From an uncultured delta proteobacterium (GTDB lineage: Bacteria; Desulfobacterota; Desulfobaccia; Desulfobaccales; 0-14-0-80-60-11), in the NCBI GenBank assembly GCA_963768765.1, contig CAVYJK010000024.1, positions 26,167 through 90,166 of the forward strand: a stretch of 64,000 bases of DNA, read 5' to 3'. This document shows positions 19,711-31,952 of this stretch, piece by piece. A program made the position numbers and the translations under genes. The notes below the pieces were generated by a model. That model saw only the letters and a program-made list of their open reading frames with translations. It ran no database searches and was not told where the DNA came from. Positions within the stretch are counted from its first letter, which is position 1. Every line of letters starts with the position of its first letter.

Positions 19711-20284
19711 TCAATCGCCGGCCTCCAGCCAGGGGCCGGCCACCTGGTCCCACTTACCCTGGGCCTGAAGGAGCAGGTCGCAGACCTGCCGCACCGCCCC
19801 CCGGCCCCCGGGGAGGCTGGTGACCCAGTGGGCCGCGGCCCGGACCTGGGGCGCCGCGTCGGCCACCGCCACCGCCAGGCCCACCCGGCCCATAATGGGC
19901 AGGTCCACCAGCTCATCGCCCACCATGGCCACTTCTCCGGAGGTCAGGTTCAGGGCGGCCAGGAGTTCGGTAAGGACCGCCACCTTGTCCCGCAGTCCCT
20001 CGTAAAACCGGTTGATCCCCAACTCCCGGGCCCGGTGGTAGGCCGCGTCGGACCGGCGGCCCGACAGCAGCGCCACTTCGAGGCCGGCCCGCTGGACCAT
20101 CTTAATGCCGTGGCCGTCCCGGACGTGGAAGACCTTGAGGGCCTCCCCCTTGAGCGTCAAAAAACAGGCTGCCGTCGGTGAGGACCCCGTCCACGTCCAG
20201 GAGCAGCAGCCGGACGGCCTGGGCCCGCTGCCAGACTTCGGCCGGATAGTCGTGATTGGTCAAATTATCTTCCTCATGGATCAA
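19711..20284 (-). CDS. kdsC: KDO 8-phosphate phosphatase (HAD); frameshift at the A6 run 20159-20164
   Basis: LLLLDVDGVLTDGSLFF is in one frame and TLKGEALKVFHVRDGHGIK...VGDELVDLP is in the next. The gene is adjacent to kdsA. Confidence 0.85.
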
Positions 20285-20337
20285 CTGGTAGGGGCGCCGG
20301 TGTTACGCCCAGACAAGGCGGACACCTGGGTCCGCCC

Positions 20338-21160
<823 letters not shown>

Positions 21161-21166
21161 TGGTTG

Positions 21167-21368
21167 ATTGGGGGAGGGGGCTAAGGGCTTTTTTGTAAGT
21201 GGCCCTCACCCCTCCCCCAAGCCCCCACCCCCAATCCCTTAAGGGGTATTTATATGGCCGGGGAAGTCGGGCTTTTAGCTCGCCTTCCCCGGCCCTTATG
21301 CGGGTTGGGAGGGGGGTGTGGGGGGAGGGCAGGGGCGAAGTCCCTGGCCCTCCCCCCACTCATCCGTC
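21167..21368. repeat. Full copy of the composite G-rich three-hairpin intergenic repeat
   Basis: The layout is TTGGGGGAGGGGGC..GCCC..CCCCTCCCCCAAGCCCCCACCCCCAATCCC / GGGGAAGTCGGGC..GCCTTCCCC / CTTATGCGGGTTGGGAGGGGGG..GGGGGAGGGCAGGGG..CCCTGGCCCTCCCCCC. It fills the kdsA-pyrG spacer. Confidence 0.85.
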
Positions 21369-21371
21369 TCC

Positions 21372-23150
<1,779 letters not shown>

Positions 23151-23275
23151 TTAAAGAGAAATGGACAGTAAGAAGATGTTTGTTTCCTGGGGAAGTCGGT
23201 TGGAGATGGATACCCTGGTCGGCAAGAGATACCCCAGGGAGGACCGAAGCCCTCCCTGGTCTGAAGTAATCAAGA

Positions 23276-24718
23276 TTACTTTACTAACCTGGCAATGGCA
23301 TCAATTGCCCCCACATTACTTGGAGCCCCGGGATTGATCGCCTGGTTCGAGAGTCCGCCGGGAACGCTGCCGTAGGGGGAGACGGTGCTGGAATCAACGG
23401 GTATTTCCACGGTCACCGAGTTGGCATTGCGGCAACTGAGGGAACTTTTCACCATGCAGTCCAGGGTGCTCAGATACTTATTCCCATCCTTGGCGGGGGA
23501 ATATGAGCTGCAATCATCACAGGTGTCGACATAGTTAACCGCGATGATGTCAACATTGGCAAACCCGCTGACGTAGATGGGCACATTGCCGCCTTCATAA
23601 GTCTGGGTCCAGAAAGTGAAGCAGGCCTGGGCTTCCGGCACCCCCAGGCTGAGCAGCCGGGCCAGGTTCCATAAGCCCCGCTGCAGTCGTTGGGCCAGCG
23701 GGTTTTGATCGGCATAGACCGGCACGCAAACCCGCCACTTGTGGGTGGTGGAGTCTTTCTTGGCATCGTAGGCGCTCTTGAAGGCCTGAAAGATGTCCTT
23801 GATGTTGCTGGCCCATTGATATTCGCTGATGGGGTAGAGCCGGGTTCCCCTTGCTATAGGCCGAATCGCCGTCCCGCTGGTGTAATTCTTCTTCAGATTG
23901 TTAACTACGGTGCTGGGGACCGGGTCCCCGTTGTTCACCAGGAACATATAACCCTTGACAGTGTCGTTGGCGAACTTGTCGAACTGGGGTTTGTTAAGAT
24001 TACTTTGATAAAAAGTGTCACTCCCCAGGTCCTTGAAAGTGAATTGCTTAGGTCCGCTGGCGACGGCTTCGGCACAGAAAAGGTCGGCAAACCAGGAGCG
24101 CCCATCCGATTTGGCAGCCGTAAGCACGCTGGTGGGTAGGGCCAGCGGCACGTTGACGCCTCCCGGCACGTTGGGCGGCGCTGAAGAGATATAGCCCCGA
24201 TAGGCGGTGGCCGCAGCCCGCACCTCCGAGGTCTTGAAGCCTAAAATGCCGGCAAAAAAGTTGGTCACCGGGCCGTAACTGAACCCGGCAGCCCGCCGGA
24301 GAGTTACCTGCACCGCGTTGGCATTGGAGTAAGGGTCGCAGGAAGAGCCAATTTTGGTCCAGGCGGTACTGGGACTTACTCGGTCATCCCATTCTCCAAA
24401 GAGGATGGTCAGATCCGTACGGCTATCCTGCGGGACTGACGGCAGACCCGCCAGTTCGCTCTGGCGCTGCGCCACGGTTTTCGCAGCCGCCGTGGCGGCA
24501 GAGGAATCCCGCAATCCCTGATCCGAGACCAGGACCCCTGCCGCGGCCAGCGCCGCGGCATCGGCGGTATTTTGTAAGTTATTGCGGACGGTGTAAAGCT
24601 GGCCCATGTCCACGGCCAGGCTGGCCATCCCTAAGAAGGCCACCAAGCCCAGAGCCGCGATGATCGCCACAGAGCCCCTTGAGTCCTTAATAAACGCGCC
24701 CCAAACTCCCTTTTTCAT
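23276..24718 (-). CDS. TadG-like pilus assembly / pseudopilin protein (Tad N-terminal domain)
   Basis: The N-terminus GSVAIIAALGLVAFLGMASLAVDMGQLYTVRNNLQNTADAAALAAA is typical of the TadE/G-like (Tad) N-terminal domain. RBS AGGAGG. Confidence 0.7.
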   Translation of the reverse strand: MKKGVWGAFIKDSRGSVAIIAALGLVAFLGMASLAVDMGQLYTVRNNLQNTADAAALAAAGVLVSDQGLRDSSAATAAAKTVAQRQSELAGLPSVPQDSRTDLTILFGEWDDRVSPSTAWTKIGSSCDPYSNANAVQVTLRRAAGFSYGPVTNFFAGILGFKTSEVRAAATAYRGYISSAPPNVPGGVNVPLALPTSVLTAAKSDGRSWFADLFCAEAVASGPKQFTFKDLGSDTFYQSNLNKPQFDKFANDTVKGYMFLVNNGDPVPSTVVNNLKKNYTSGTAIRPIARGTRLYPISEYQWASNIKDIFQAFKSAYDAKKDSTTHKWRVCVPVYADQNPLAQRLQRGLWNLARLLSLGVPEAQACFTFWTQTYEGGNVPIYVSGFANVDIIAVNYVDTCDDCSSYSPAKDGNKYLSTLDCMVKSSLSCRNANSVTVEIPVDSSTVSPYGSVPGGLSNQAINPGAPSNVGAIDAIARLVK

Positions 24719-24808
24719 GGCCGCCTCCTGTAATCAAAACGTTTTTGGACATCTTAAAGCCCCGCAATCCAGGCGTGTTTCCCTTGCTGTGCTTGACTTC
24801 TCGCCATC

Positions 24809-25282
24809 TCATTCACATTGCATAACCGTGGTCGCCTTGAGGGTTTTCTGGCTACCCAATCCCGGAATAAGACCCGAAAGGAGAAACCAGGTCTTCGTGG
24901 CTGTGACGCTAACCTCCACCGGGGCGCCCTTCGTGCCGGTGGTATACCCGGTGCCTGCCACCGTTACATCGGGATTGGCATTGGCCGGCAGGCTGGATTT
25001 GGCCAAATAATTGTTCAGCACGTAGTCTTTGATGGTTGGGTTGAAGGTATTGGGGGGTTTGCGCGCATTGGTGGCAGGATTGAATTGATACATTACCCCG
25101 TAGCGGGCCCCCTCCCGGCTGGCGTTGGTAACAATTTGTTTCATATACCAGGCATGGCCGAAATCCAGAATGCCGCAAACCAGTAAAATGAAAACGATCC
25201 CGATGACGGCAAACTCCACGGACACTCCTCCGGCCTCGTCTCTCAGGAGACTGCAAAAGAAACGATGACATCGCCTCAGCAT
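24809..25282 (-). CDS. TadE-like pseudopilin
   Basis: GGVSVEFAVIGIVFILLVCGILDFGHAWYMKQIVTNASREGARYG contains the TadE motif. RBS GAGGTG. Confidence 0.75.
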   Translation of the reverse strand: MLRRCHRFFCSLLRDEAGGVSVEFAVIGIVFILLVCGILDFGHAWYMKQIVTNASREGARYGVMYQFNPATNARKPPNTFNPTIKDYVLNNYLAKSSLPANANPDVTVAGTGYTTGTKGAPVEVSVTATKTWFLLSGLIPGLGSQKTLKATTVMQCE

Positions 25283-25687
25283 AGGCCACCTCTTTCTTCT
25301 TTCCCGAGCGCTGGCACCCGATTTAATTTGGTTTATCGGTTGCGCAGCCCTGCCGGTAGCTAACGTTCACCCATGTTCGAACATAATGGGTCAGCGGGTT
25401 AATAGCAATACAGACAAACCCTGATTATTGACTAAGGAATAGCTTACTTACCTCTTCGATTTCCTTCAGATAAATTGGGAATTGGGTGAGCTAAGGGTTA
25501 AGAAGATTTTCTTGATCGAGATCCTGAATAGATATTGCCGAGTACCAGCGGGGATATCTGAGGGGCAACCTTTCTATCTCGAGGGAAGAAGAATATGGCT
25601 ATTTAGCCCGGTCCCAGCCCCCAAAGTGAAGCTGGGACCCGGAGCCGCCGTGTCAGCGCGAGGGCGGCCGCCACGGCAGGGCCATCT

Positions 25688-26752
25688 TTAATTGACCAGC
25701 TTCGTGTTCGGACTCATCCCGGAAGCTCCAAAGCTGGATCCACCGGAAGTGGCATCGTAATCGACGTAGTCTTTGACAAAGTGGCCCTGGATGTATTTGC
25801 TGCTGCCTCCCTCGGCGGCCTCCACGTAGAAAGCCACAAAAGCCAAAATCGGAGTAGTGGCATGGGTGTCGAAGTTGTCCGCCACTATGGGGAGCAAGCC
25901 CGTTTTGCCGACCTGGGTGGCCATGTCCTCATAAAGGGTGGTTTTGGTCCCCGGCTCGATCCAGATCGGGTCGCCCACTTTCAACGGGGTGGGATTGCCG
26001 TCGTCGATGAGCTCCCGGATGGTGGGGACGTTGTTGGCATCGGAGAGAAATGAAGTCCACTGGCCGCCGTCGGGACTGTGGTAATCGGAACCGATGCGAA
26101 AGGACATGGGAGGATTATCGTTATAATGATTCTGCATCCAATTCTGCACCCAGGAGATGGGGGTGGCAAAGGGAAAACAGGAGTCGGCCGGGACCTGCTT
26201 GATCCCCTTGGTCTTATCGGGCAAAGCCGCGGCTACGGCCTGGGCCGCAGGACTGGAATTGGCAATTCCCAGGATTGAGGCGAAGGAAAACTTCAAGGGG
26301 CCGCTGTTGGCCCCCGCCTTCTTGTCAATCCTGACCCGCACCGCGGGCACGATGAGGGCGGTGGGCACCGTGCTCTGCGGCAACAAATTTATGGTCCCGT
26401 CGGCGCCCTTGGGGGCCGTGTTCCAGTTCCAGGTTAGATTCCAGAACCCCGGCTGGATGCTGCTGTCGCTGATGAGGGCGCCGTCCAGTTTGTTTTTCGT
26501 GACCGTGTTGCTGGCGGCGCTGGTGCCGCCGCTCCAGTTGGGAATGTTGTTAACGGCGTTGATGCACAGGGCGCGGGCCCCGGCCAGGGCCCCGGCATCC
26601 GCGCCTCGCTGCAGTTCCCCTTTCGCCGTCACCAGATGGCCGATGTCCAATGTCAGGGCGGTGGCTCCCAAGAATGCCACCAGACACACCGCCACCGTGG
26701 TGCTGACGGCTCCGTGTTGTTCCTTTAGCAGATGTCTCATCTTTTCTAACAT
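25688..26752 (-). CDS. TadG-like pilus assembly / pseudopilin protein (second copy)
   Basis: N-terminus GAVSTTVAVCLVAFLGATALTLDIGHLVTAKGELQRGADAGALAGA. RBS AGGAG. Confidence 0.7.
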   Translation of the reverse strand: MLEKMRHLLKEQHGAVSTTVAVCLVAFLGATALTLDIGHLVTAKGELQRGADAGALAGARALCINAVNNIPNWSGGTSAASNTVTKNKLDGALISDSSIQPGFWNLTWNWNTAPKGADGTINLLPQSTVPTALIVPAVRVRIDKKAGANSGPLKFSFASILGIANSSPAAQAVAAALPDKTKGIKQVPADSCFPFATPISWVQNWMQNHYNDNPPMSFRIGSDYHSPDGGQWTSFLSDANNVPTIRELIDDGNPTPLKVGDPIWIEPGTKTTLYEDMATQVGKTGLLPIVADNFDTHATTPILAFVAFYVEAAEGGSSKYIQGHFVKDYVDYDATSGGSSFGASGMSPNTKLVN

Positions 26753-26761
26753 GGCCCACTC

Positions 26762-27238
26762 CTACTCGCATTTCATATCGGTTTTGGTCGATATGTCTAT
26801 ATAACTGGCCAAGCCTGGCACCAGCTTACCGATTACCAGCCAGTTTTTCCTGGCGGTCACCGTGACCGTCAGGTCTTCTCCCGTGAGGTTGGCGACATTG
26901 GTTTCGGTGGCCGCGGCCCCCCCCAAGGTCACGTTGGGGTTGGAGTCGGCCGGCAGCATGCTGCTTAGGCCCCAGGTGTTCTTCACGTAGTCTTGAATAT
27001 TCAAGCTTGTAGGCAGCACGCGGTTGCCGCTGGTGTCGGTCTGGTACCGGGTCCCATAACGGGCCCCCTCCCGGCTGGCGTTGACCATGAGCTGCTTCAT
27101 GTACCAGGCGTGGCCAAAGTCCACGATGCCGAAGGTCAGGAGCAGGAAAACCGGCAGGATAATGGCGAACTCCACGGCCGAACTTCCTTGTCTTTGGCGA
27201 CAAAACCGGGTCAGGGAACCACGCCACCTGGAAAGCAT
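26762..27238 (-). CDS. TadE-like pseudopilin (second copy)
   Basis: GSSAVEFAIILPVFLLLTFGIVDFGHAWYMKQLMVNASREGARYG. I chose the ATG at 27238 because GGAGGAG lies 9 nt upstream. The ORF itself is open up to 27331. Confidence 0.75.
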   Translation of the reverse strand: MLSRWRGSLTRFCRQRQGSSAVEFAIILPVFLLLTFGIVDFGHAWYMKQLMVNASREGARYGTRYQTDTSGNRVLPTSLNIQDYVKNTWGLSSMLPADSNPNVTLGGAAATETNVANLTGEDLTVTVTARKNWLVIGKLVPGLASYIDISTKTDMKCE

Positions 27239-27544
27239 CTCCGCAACTCCTCCAAATAAGATTTTCAAGGTCCGCCGCGGCGGCTCCTTTTCCGGCCCGG
27301 ATCTAACCTCCAACACCCCCTTAGGATCCATACGCCTCTGATCCGGGGAAAGAATCTTTCTGATGGAAACAATTTAATAGTAATGGAAAAAGACACCATC
27401 AGGAAAAACCTGAATTTTGGGGGAGAAAAGTCTGAAATGCACCGGAAAAATGGGCGGGAACACCCGGGCGAAACGACGAAGGCAGCCTCGGGGGCATGGC
27501 CGGGCCAGGGCGACGGGGAGAACTTTAGGGGCGCCGGGGTCTGG

Positions 27545-28664
27545 TTAAATCAAGAGATGGGGGTTTCCCAGACGGACCCGCCGCAGTCCGGCCTCCTCGG
27601 CCGCCCTCTTGGCTTTGAGGGCGAAATTCCTGGAAGTGACGGGCAAATCGTTGAGGTGGAACTGAGGGGAAAAACCCAGGAGGCTATAGGGAATGTTGGG
27701 GTTGAGGACCGCGATGAAGCGGGCCAGGCCGTGAATCTCCTCCAGATCCACGTAGCCCGGCACCAGCAAGGTGCTGGCGCACAGCAGCGGCACTTCCGGG
27801 CGCTCGGGGAGAAGGGCCGCCAGCCGCGGCAAAGTTCTTCAGGGTCTGGTGGTTGGAGACCCCGGTGAGGGCCAGGTGCATCTCCTCACTGAAGGCCTTG
27901 AGGTCGAACTTGATGACCCCGCCGTTGGTTAGGGAACTGGCGGCCAGGGGCTGGAGCCATTTTTCCTGCATGGCGCCGTTGGTTTCCCAGCAGATGCGGA
28001 GGCGGCGCCCCGCCTTTTGGGCCGCGTCCAGGGCCAACCGGGCCGCGGCCAGGGCGTGGGGCAACTGGGGGGTGGGGTCGCCCCCGAAGTAGCAGATGCA
28101 GGCGGTGTTCCGCCGCACCGCGGCGGCCAGGTCCGCGGCGGAGACCAACTCAGCCCGGAAGGTGGCCTTTTTGAAGGTCCAGTTCTGGCAAAAGAGGCAG
28201 TTGAAATTGCAGGCGTGATAGAAGACCGCCAGGTTGGTGTAGCCCCGCTCCGGGCCGTTGCGGCAGGCATATTTGGGATAGCCGGCCCCGGTGCCGCCGG
28301 GGCAGAACCAGTCGGCCACGCAGTTGGTGGGCAGGGGGTCGTGATAGAAGCTCAGGCCGGCCCCGGCGGGGCCGCCGCCCCGGAGCCGGCCGCCTGCCAC
28401 CCGGCGGGCCCCGCAGAACCCAAAGGCGCCCTCGGGGATGCGGCAGGCGTGGAAGCACAGGGTGCACTCTTTGCCTTGGGGGTCCCGGGGCGGGGCCAGG
28501 GGGAGGCCGAAGGCCCGGCGGGACTCCTGGTGCAGGGCTTCGATCTGGGGCCAGACTGCGGCGAAGTGGCCCCGGATGCAGGCCCCGCAATAGCCCAGGC
28601 GGGGGGACAGGGTCTGGCCGGTGCGGCCACAATGGCGGCAGGAGGAGGTCATATAGAATGGCAA
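27545..28664 (-). CDS. Radical SAM enzyme (AmmeMemoRadiSam/PflA-activase-like); frameshift near 27832
   Basis: CNFNCLFCQNW is a CxxxCxxC cluster motif, and there is an N-terminal Cys-rich region. ORFs 27684..28664 and 27545..27832 join as ...TLKNF/PRLAALLPERPEV... Confidence 0.65.
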
Positions 28665-28804
28665 TTACGGAAATGGTGCGTTAGGAGAGAAACGGCTGCC
28701 TAGTTGTCATTCTGAGCCGCCGCAGGCGGCGAAGAATCTGGACCCTTCGCCTGCGATGACCGAGAAGGTTAGCCAGAACCAATTATGGCAGTACTGATCT
28801 CAAA

Positions 28805-29830
28805 TTAAAATAACTTGGGATAGGTCCCTCTCGAGGGTATCTTGCAAAAATACTCCAGTGCCCGGCTGGTGGCCACCCGGCCCCGGGGGGTGCGTTGCAG
28901 AAAGCCGGCCTGGATGAGGAAGGGCTCATAGACCTCCTCCAGGGTGTCCTCCTCTTCGCACAACGCCGCGGCCAGGGTTCCCAGGCCCACGGGCCCGCCG
29001 TCGTAATTCTCCAGGATGGTCTTGAGAATCTGGCGGTCCATGCGGTCCAGCCCCAGCTGGTCCACGTCCAGCAGGGTGAGGGCGGCGTCGGCGCACTCTC
29101 GGTCGATCTTGCCGTCGCCCCGCACCTGGGCATAGTCCCGCACCCGTTTCAGCAGCCGGTTGGCGATCCTGGGGGTGCCCCGGCAGCGCCGGGCGATTTC
29201 CAGGGCGCCTTCCGGGTCGATGTCCACTCCCAGGATCTGGGCGGCCCGTAGGGTAATCTTGGCCAGGTCTTCCACCCGGTAAAAGTCCACCCGCAGCATC
29301 AGGCCGAAGCGGTCCCGCAGGGCCGGGGTGAGCAGCCCGGCCCGGGTGGTGGCCCCCACCAGGGTGAAGTGGGGCAGCTCCAGCTTCAGGCAGCGGGCCC
29401 CGGGCCCCTGGCCGATGATGAGGTCCAGGCGGAAATCCTCCATGGCGGGATAGAGGATCTCTTCCACCACCGTGGGCAACCGGTGCACTTCGTCGATGAA
29501 CAGGACGTCCCGGGGCTGCAAGTTGGTGAGCAGGGCCGCCAGGTCGCCGGGGCGCTCGATGACCGGCCCCGAGGTGGCCTTGAGGCCGCCGCCCATCTCG
29601 TTGGCGATGATGTGGGCCAGGGTGGTCTTGCCCAACCCCGGGGGACCGTGCACCAGGATGTGGTCCACAGCCTCGCCCCGGCCCAGGGCCGCGGCCATGG
29701 CCAGCTCCAGGTTGCGCCGCAACTCTTCCTGGCCCACGAACTCCTTAAGAGTCCGGGGCCGGAGACCCGCCTCCAGGCCCAGGTCGTCGGCCTGGAGCCG
29801 GGGATTGACGATGCGCTCTTCCTGAACCAT
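28805..29830 (-). CDS. ruvB: Holliday junction branch migration DNA helicase
   Basis: [19 protein letters not shown] and typical full-length similarity. Confidence 0.95.
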   Translation of the reverse strand: MVQEERIVNPRLQADDLGLEAGLRPRTLKEFVGQEELRRNLELAMAAALGRGEAVDHILVHGPPGLGKTTLAHIIANEMGGGLKATSGPVIERPGDLAALLTNLQPRDVLFIDEVHRLPTVVEEILYPAMEDFRLDLIIGQGPGARCLKLELPHFTLVGATTRAGLLTPALRDRFGLMLRVDFYRVEDLAKITLRAAQILGVDIDPEGALEIARRCRGTPRIANRLLKRVRDYAQVRGDGKIDRECADAALTLLDVDQLGLDRMDRQILKTILENYDGGPVGLGTLAAALCEEEDTLEEVYEPFLIQAGFLQRTPRGRVATSRALEYFCKIPSRGTYPKLF

Positions 29831-29929
29831 TTGCAGCTAATGTACCGCAGCTTGCGCAACTTTGCAAGCCGGGACGAAAGGCGCTCCACCTCCGGAAATC
29901 CTTGGCCCGCGGCGGTTAATTTGATAGAG

Positions 29930-30012
29930 TTTTGGGGGGAGGGCAGGGGCCAGTGGCACCCCAGGCGTCTCGCCTTGGGTGGGAGGAGCGGCCCTGGCCC
30001 CTGCTCCCCCAA
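29930..30012. repeat. Partial/variant copy of the G-rich hairpin repeat
   Basis: TTTTGGGGGGAGGGCAGGGGCC ... GGCCCTGGCCCCTGCTCCCCCAAG. Confidence 0.6.
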
Positions 30013-30035
30013 GAAATCCATACCCAGCCATACCC

Positions 30036-30974
30036 ATGCAACCAGCCATCTCAGCCCAGGGAATCGGGAAGTCGTTTCGCACCGGGGTGTTGGGCCCCTC
30101 AAAGGTGGCCCTGCGGGACGTGCATCTGGAAGTGGGCCACGGGGCCATTTTCGGGATCCTGGGGCCCAACGGCGCCGGCAAGACCACCCTGATTTCCATC
30201 CTGGCCACCCTGCTGCGCCCGGACACGGGCGGAGCCAGGGTGCTGGGGCTGGATGTCATCAAGCAGGCCGGGCGTCTTAGGGAGCGCATCAACCTGGCGG
30301 CCAGCGGGGCCCAGTTTCTCTGGTGCCTGACGGCCGAGGAGAACCTGCGTTTTTACGGCCGCCTCTACGGGCTGGGCGGCCGGGCCCTGCGGGATAAAAT
30401 CGAAGAGCTCATCGGCTTGTTCGATCTTGACCCGCACCGCCGGGTGACCTTCGAGCGGCTGAGCTCCGGCCTCAAGCAGCGCCTGGCCCTGGCCAAGGCC
30501 CTGATCAACACCCCGGAGCTGCTTTTTCTGGACGAACCCACCTCGGGGCTGGACCCGGAAATGGCGCAGCACCTGCGGGAGGAAATTTTGCGGCTCAACC
30601 GTGAGGCCGGGCTCACTATTCTTCTCACCACCCACAACCTGCGGGAAGCCGAGATGCTGTGCGGGGAAGTGGGTTTTTTGAAAGAGGGCCGCCTGGTGAG
30701 GCGGGGACGCATGGCGGATTTGCAAAAAAGCCTGGGTCTGGGAGACCACCTGCGCCTGGTTTTCGAAGACAGCCCGGCGCCCCTTAACTATGGGGAACTG
30801 CCGGGAGTGCTGGCCCACCAGGTGCAGGATTCCCAGGTGGACCTGGTGCTGGACCGGGCGGAGATCAGGCTGCCGGCCATCCTGGAAGCCGTGGCCCATG
30901 GCCGGCACCGGCTGGCCAGGGTGCAGGTCAAGCCCGTGGACCTGGAGGAGATCTACCGTGAGATTACTCGCTGA
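30036..30974 (+). CDS. ABC transporter ATP-binding protein (ABC-2/DrrA-like)
   Basis: GPNGAGKTT, LSSGLKQRLALA and LFLDEP. I chose the start at 30036 because the upstream part of the ORF lies inside a repeat element. Confidence 0.85.
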   Translation: MQPAISAQGIGKSFRTGVLGPSKVALRDVHLEVGHGAIFGILGPNGAGKTTLISILATLLRPDTGGARVLGLDVIKQAGRLRERINLAASGAQFLWCLTAEENLRFYGRLYGLGGRALRDKIEELIGLFDLDPHRRVTFERLSSGLKQRLALAKALINTPELLFLDEPTSGLDPEMAQHLREEILRLNREAGLTILLTTHNLREAEMLCGEVGFLKEGRLVRRGRMADLQKSLGLGDHLRLVFEDSPAPLNYGELPGVLAHQVQDSQVDLVLDRAEIRLPAILEAVAHGRHRLARVQVKPVDLEEIYREITR

Positions 30975-31752
30975 TTTCCACAAGGTCTGGGCCTTCGCGG
31001 CCCGCAGCACCCTGGTGAACCGGCGCAACGTCTTCGCCATCTTTGAAATGATCTTCTGGCCCGCGGTGGCCATCTTCTCCGTGGGCCTCCTCACCCGTTT
31101 TCTCAAGCTGGACCCGCAAACCGTGACCTTCATCCTCATCGGGGCGGTGGCCATGAACACCATCCAGATCGCCCAACTGGACCTGTCCTACTCCCTCCTG
31201 TACTCCGTTTGGGCCAAGAGCCTGAAGCACGAGTTCATCGCCCCTATCCGCCTCACCCATATCCTGGTGGGCTCCGGCCTGGTGGGGCTGGTGCGGGGGT
31301 TCCTGGTCTTCGTGACCATGGGTCTCCTGAGCATGTGGCTCTTCAACATGGAACTGTCGGCCCCGGGCCTCCGGGGCTTGATCGTATTCATGGCGGGCAT
31401 GTTCCTGAACTCGGCCATCATCGGCGCCCTGGTATTGGCCCTGGTGCTGCGCTTCGGCCAGCGGGCCGAAGTGGCGGCCTGGGCCTTCTCCTACCTCATG
31501 CTGCTGCTGTGCGGCCTCTACTACCCCGTGTCCGTCCTGCCCGCCGGGGTGCAATTCGTGGCCCGGCTCATCCCCTTCACCTATTTCCTGGAGTACTTCC
31601 GGCACTTTTACGGCTTCCCCCTGGTCTACCGGTACCCGCTGCTTTACGGCTTCGCGGAATGTGTGATATACATCTTGATTAGCTACGTCCTGCTCCACTA
31701 CACCCTGAATTCGGCCTATAAACGGGGCACCTTGCTACGGCTGTCGGAGTAG
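30958..31752 (+). CDS. ABC-2 type transporter permease
   Basis: About 6 predicted hydrophobic helices. The GTG start overlaps the ATPase stop. Confidence 0.75.
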   Translation: MRLLADFHKVWAFAARSTLVNRRNVFAIFEMIFWPAVAIFSVGLLTRFLKLDPQTVTFILIGAVAMNTIQIAQLDLSYSLLYSVWAKSLKHEFIAPIRLTHILVGSGLVGLVRGFLVFVTMGLLSMWLFNMELSAPGLRGLIVFMAGMFLNSAIIGALVLALVLRFGQRAEVAAWAFSYLMLLLCGLYYPVSVLPAGVQFVARLIPFTYFLEYFRHFYGFPLVYRYPLLYGFAECVIYILISYVLLHYTLNSAYKRGTLLRLSE

Positions 31753-31756
31753 GGTT

Positions 31757-31937
31757 TATTGGGGAAGGGGGCAGGGGCCGACGGCCCCTGCCCCCTTCCC
31801 CAAACCCCATCCCCCAACCCCCATAAGTTTTGGGCCTGGGAAGTCGGGGCAAAGCCCCGCCTTCTCAGGCCCCAGTATAGGGTTGGGAGGGGGGACTGGG
31901 GGGAGGGCAGGGAACTGGTTCCCTGGCCCTCCCCCCA
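31757..31937. repeat. Full copy of the composite G-rich three-hairpin intergenic repeat
   Basis: It has the same three-module layout as 21167-21368 and fills the permease-murI spacer. Confidence 0.85.
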
Positions 31938-31952
31938 GAAACCGGAGTTACC

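Noticed and set aside
20155-20170. Programmed ribosomal frameshifting as the explanation for the split genes (for example the A6 run in kdsC).
   Set aside because: The breaks occur in many unrelated housekeeping genes and at heterogeneous sequence contexts, several of them not slippery. There are no downstream stimulatory structures. Sequencing or assembly indels are the more economical explanation.
25305-25325. Sigma-54-like CTGGCAC element between the two TadE/TadG pairs.
   Set aside because: The -12 element is TTTA instead of TTGC, and the motif is on the plus strand, pointing away from the minus-strand tad genes. I found no better match on the minus strand.
25283-25687. Search for a small Flp-type pilin ORF in the spacers around the TadE/TadG pairs (also 27332-27544).
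   Set aside because: All ATG-initiated minus-strand ORFs there are under 35 aa and lack the hydrophobic Flp motif. Alternative start codons were not checked exhaustively.
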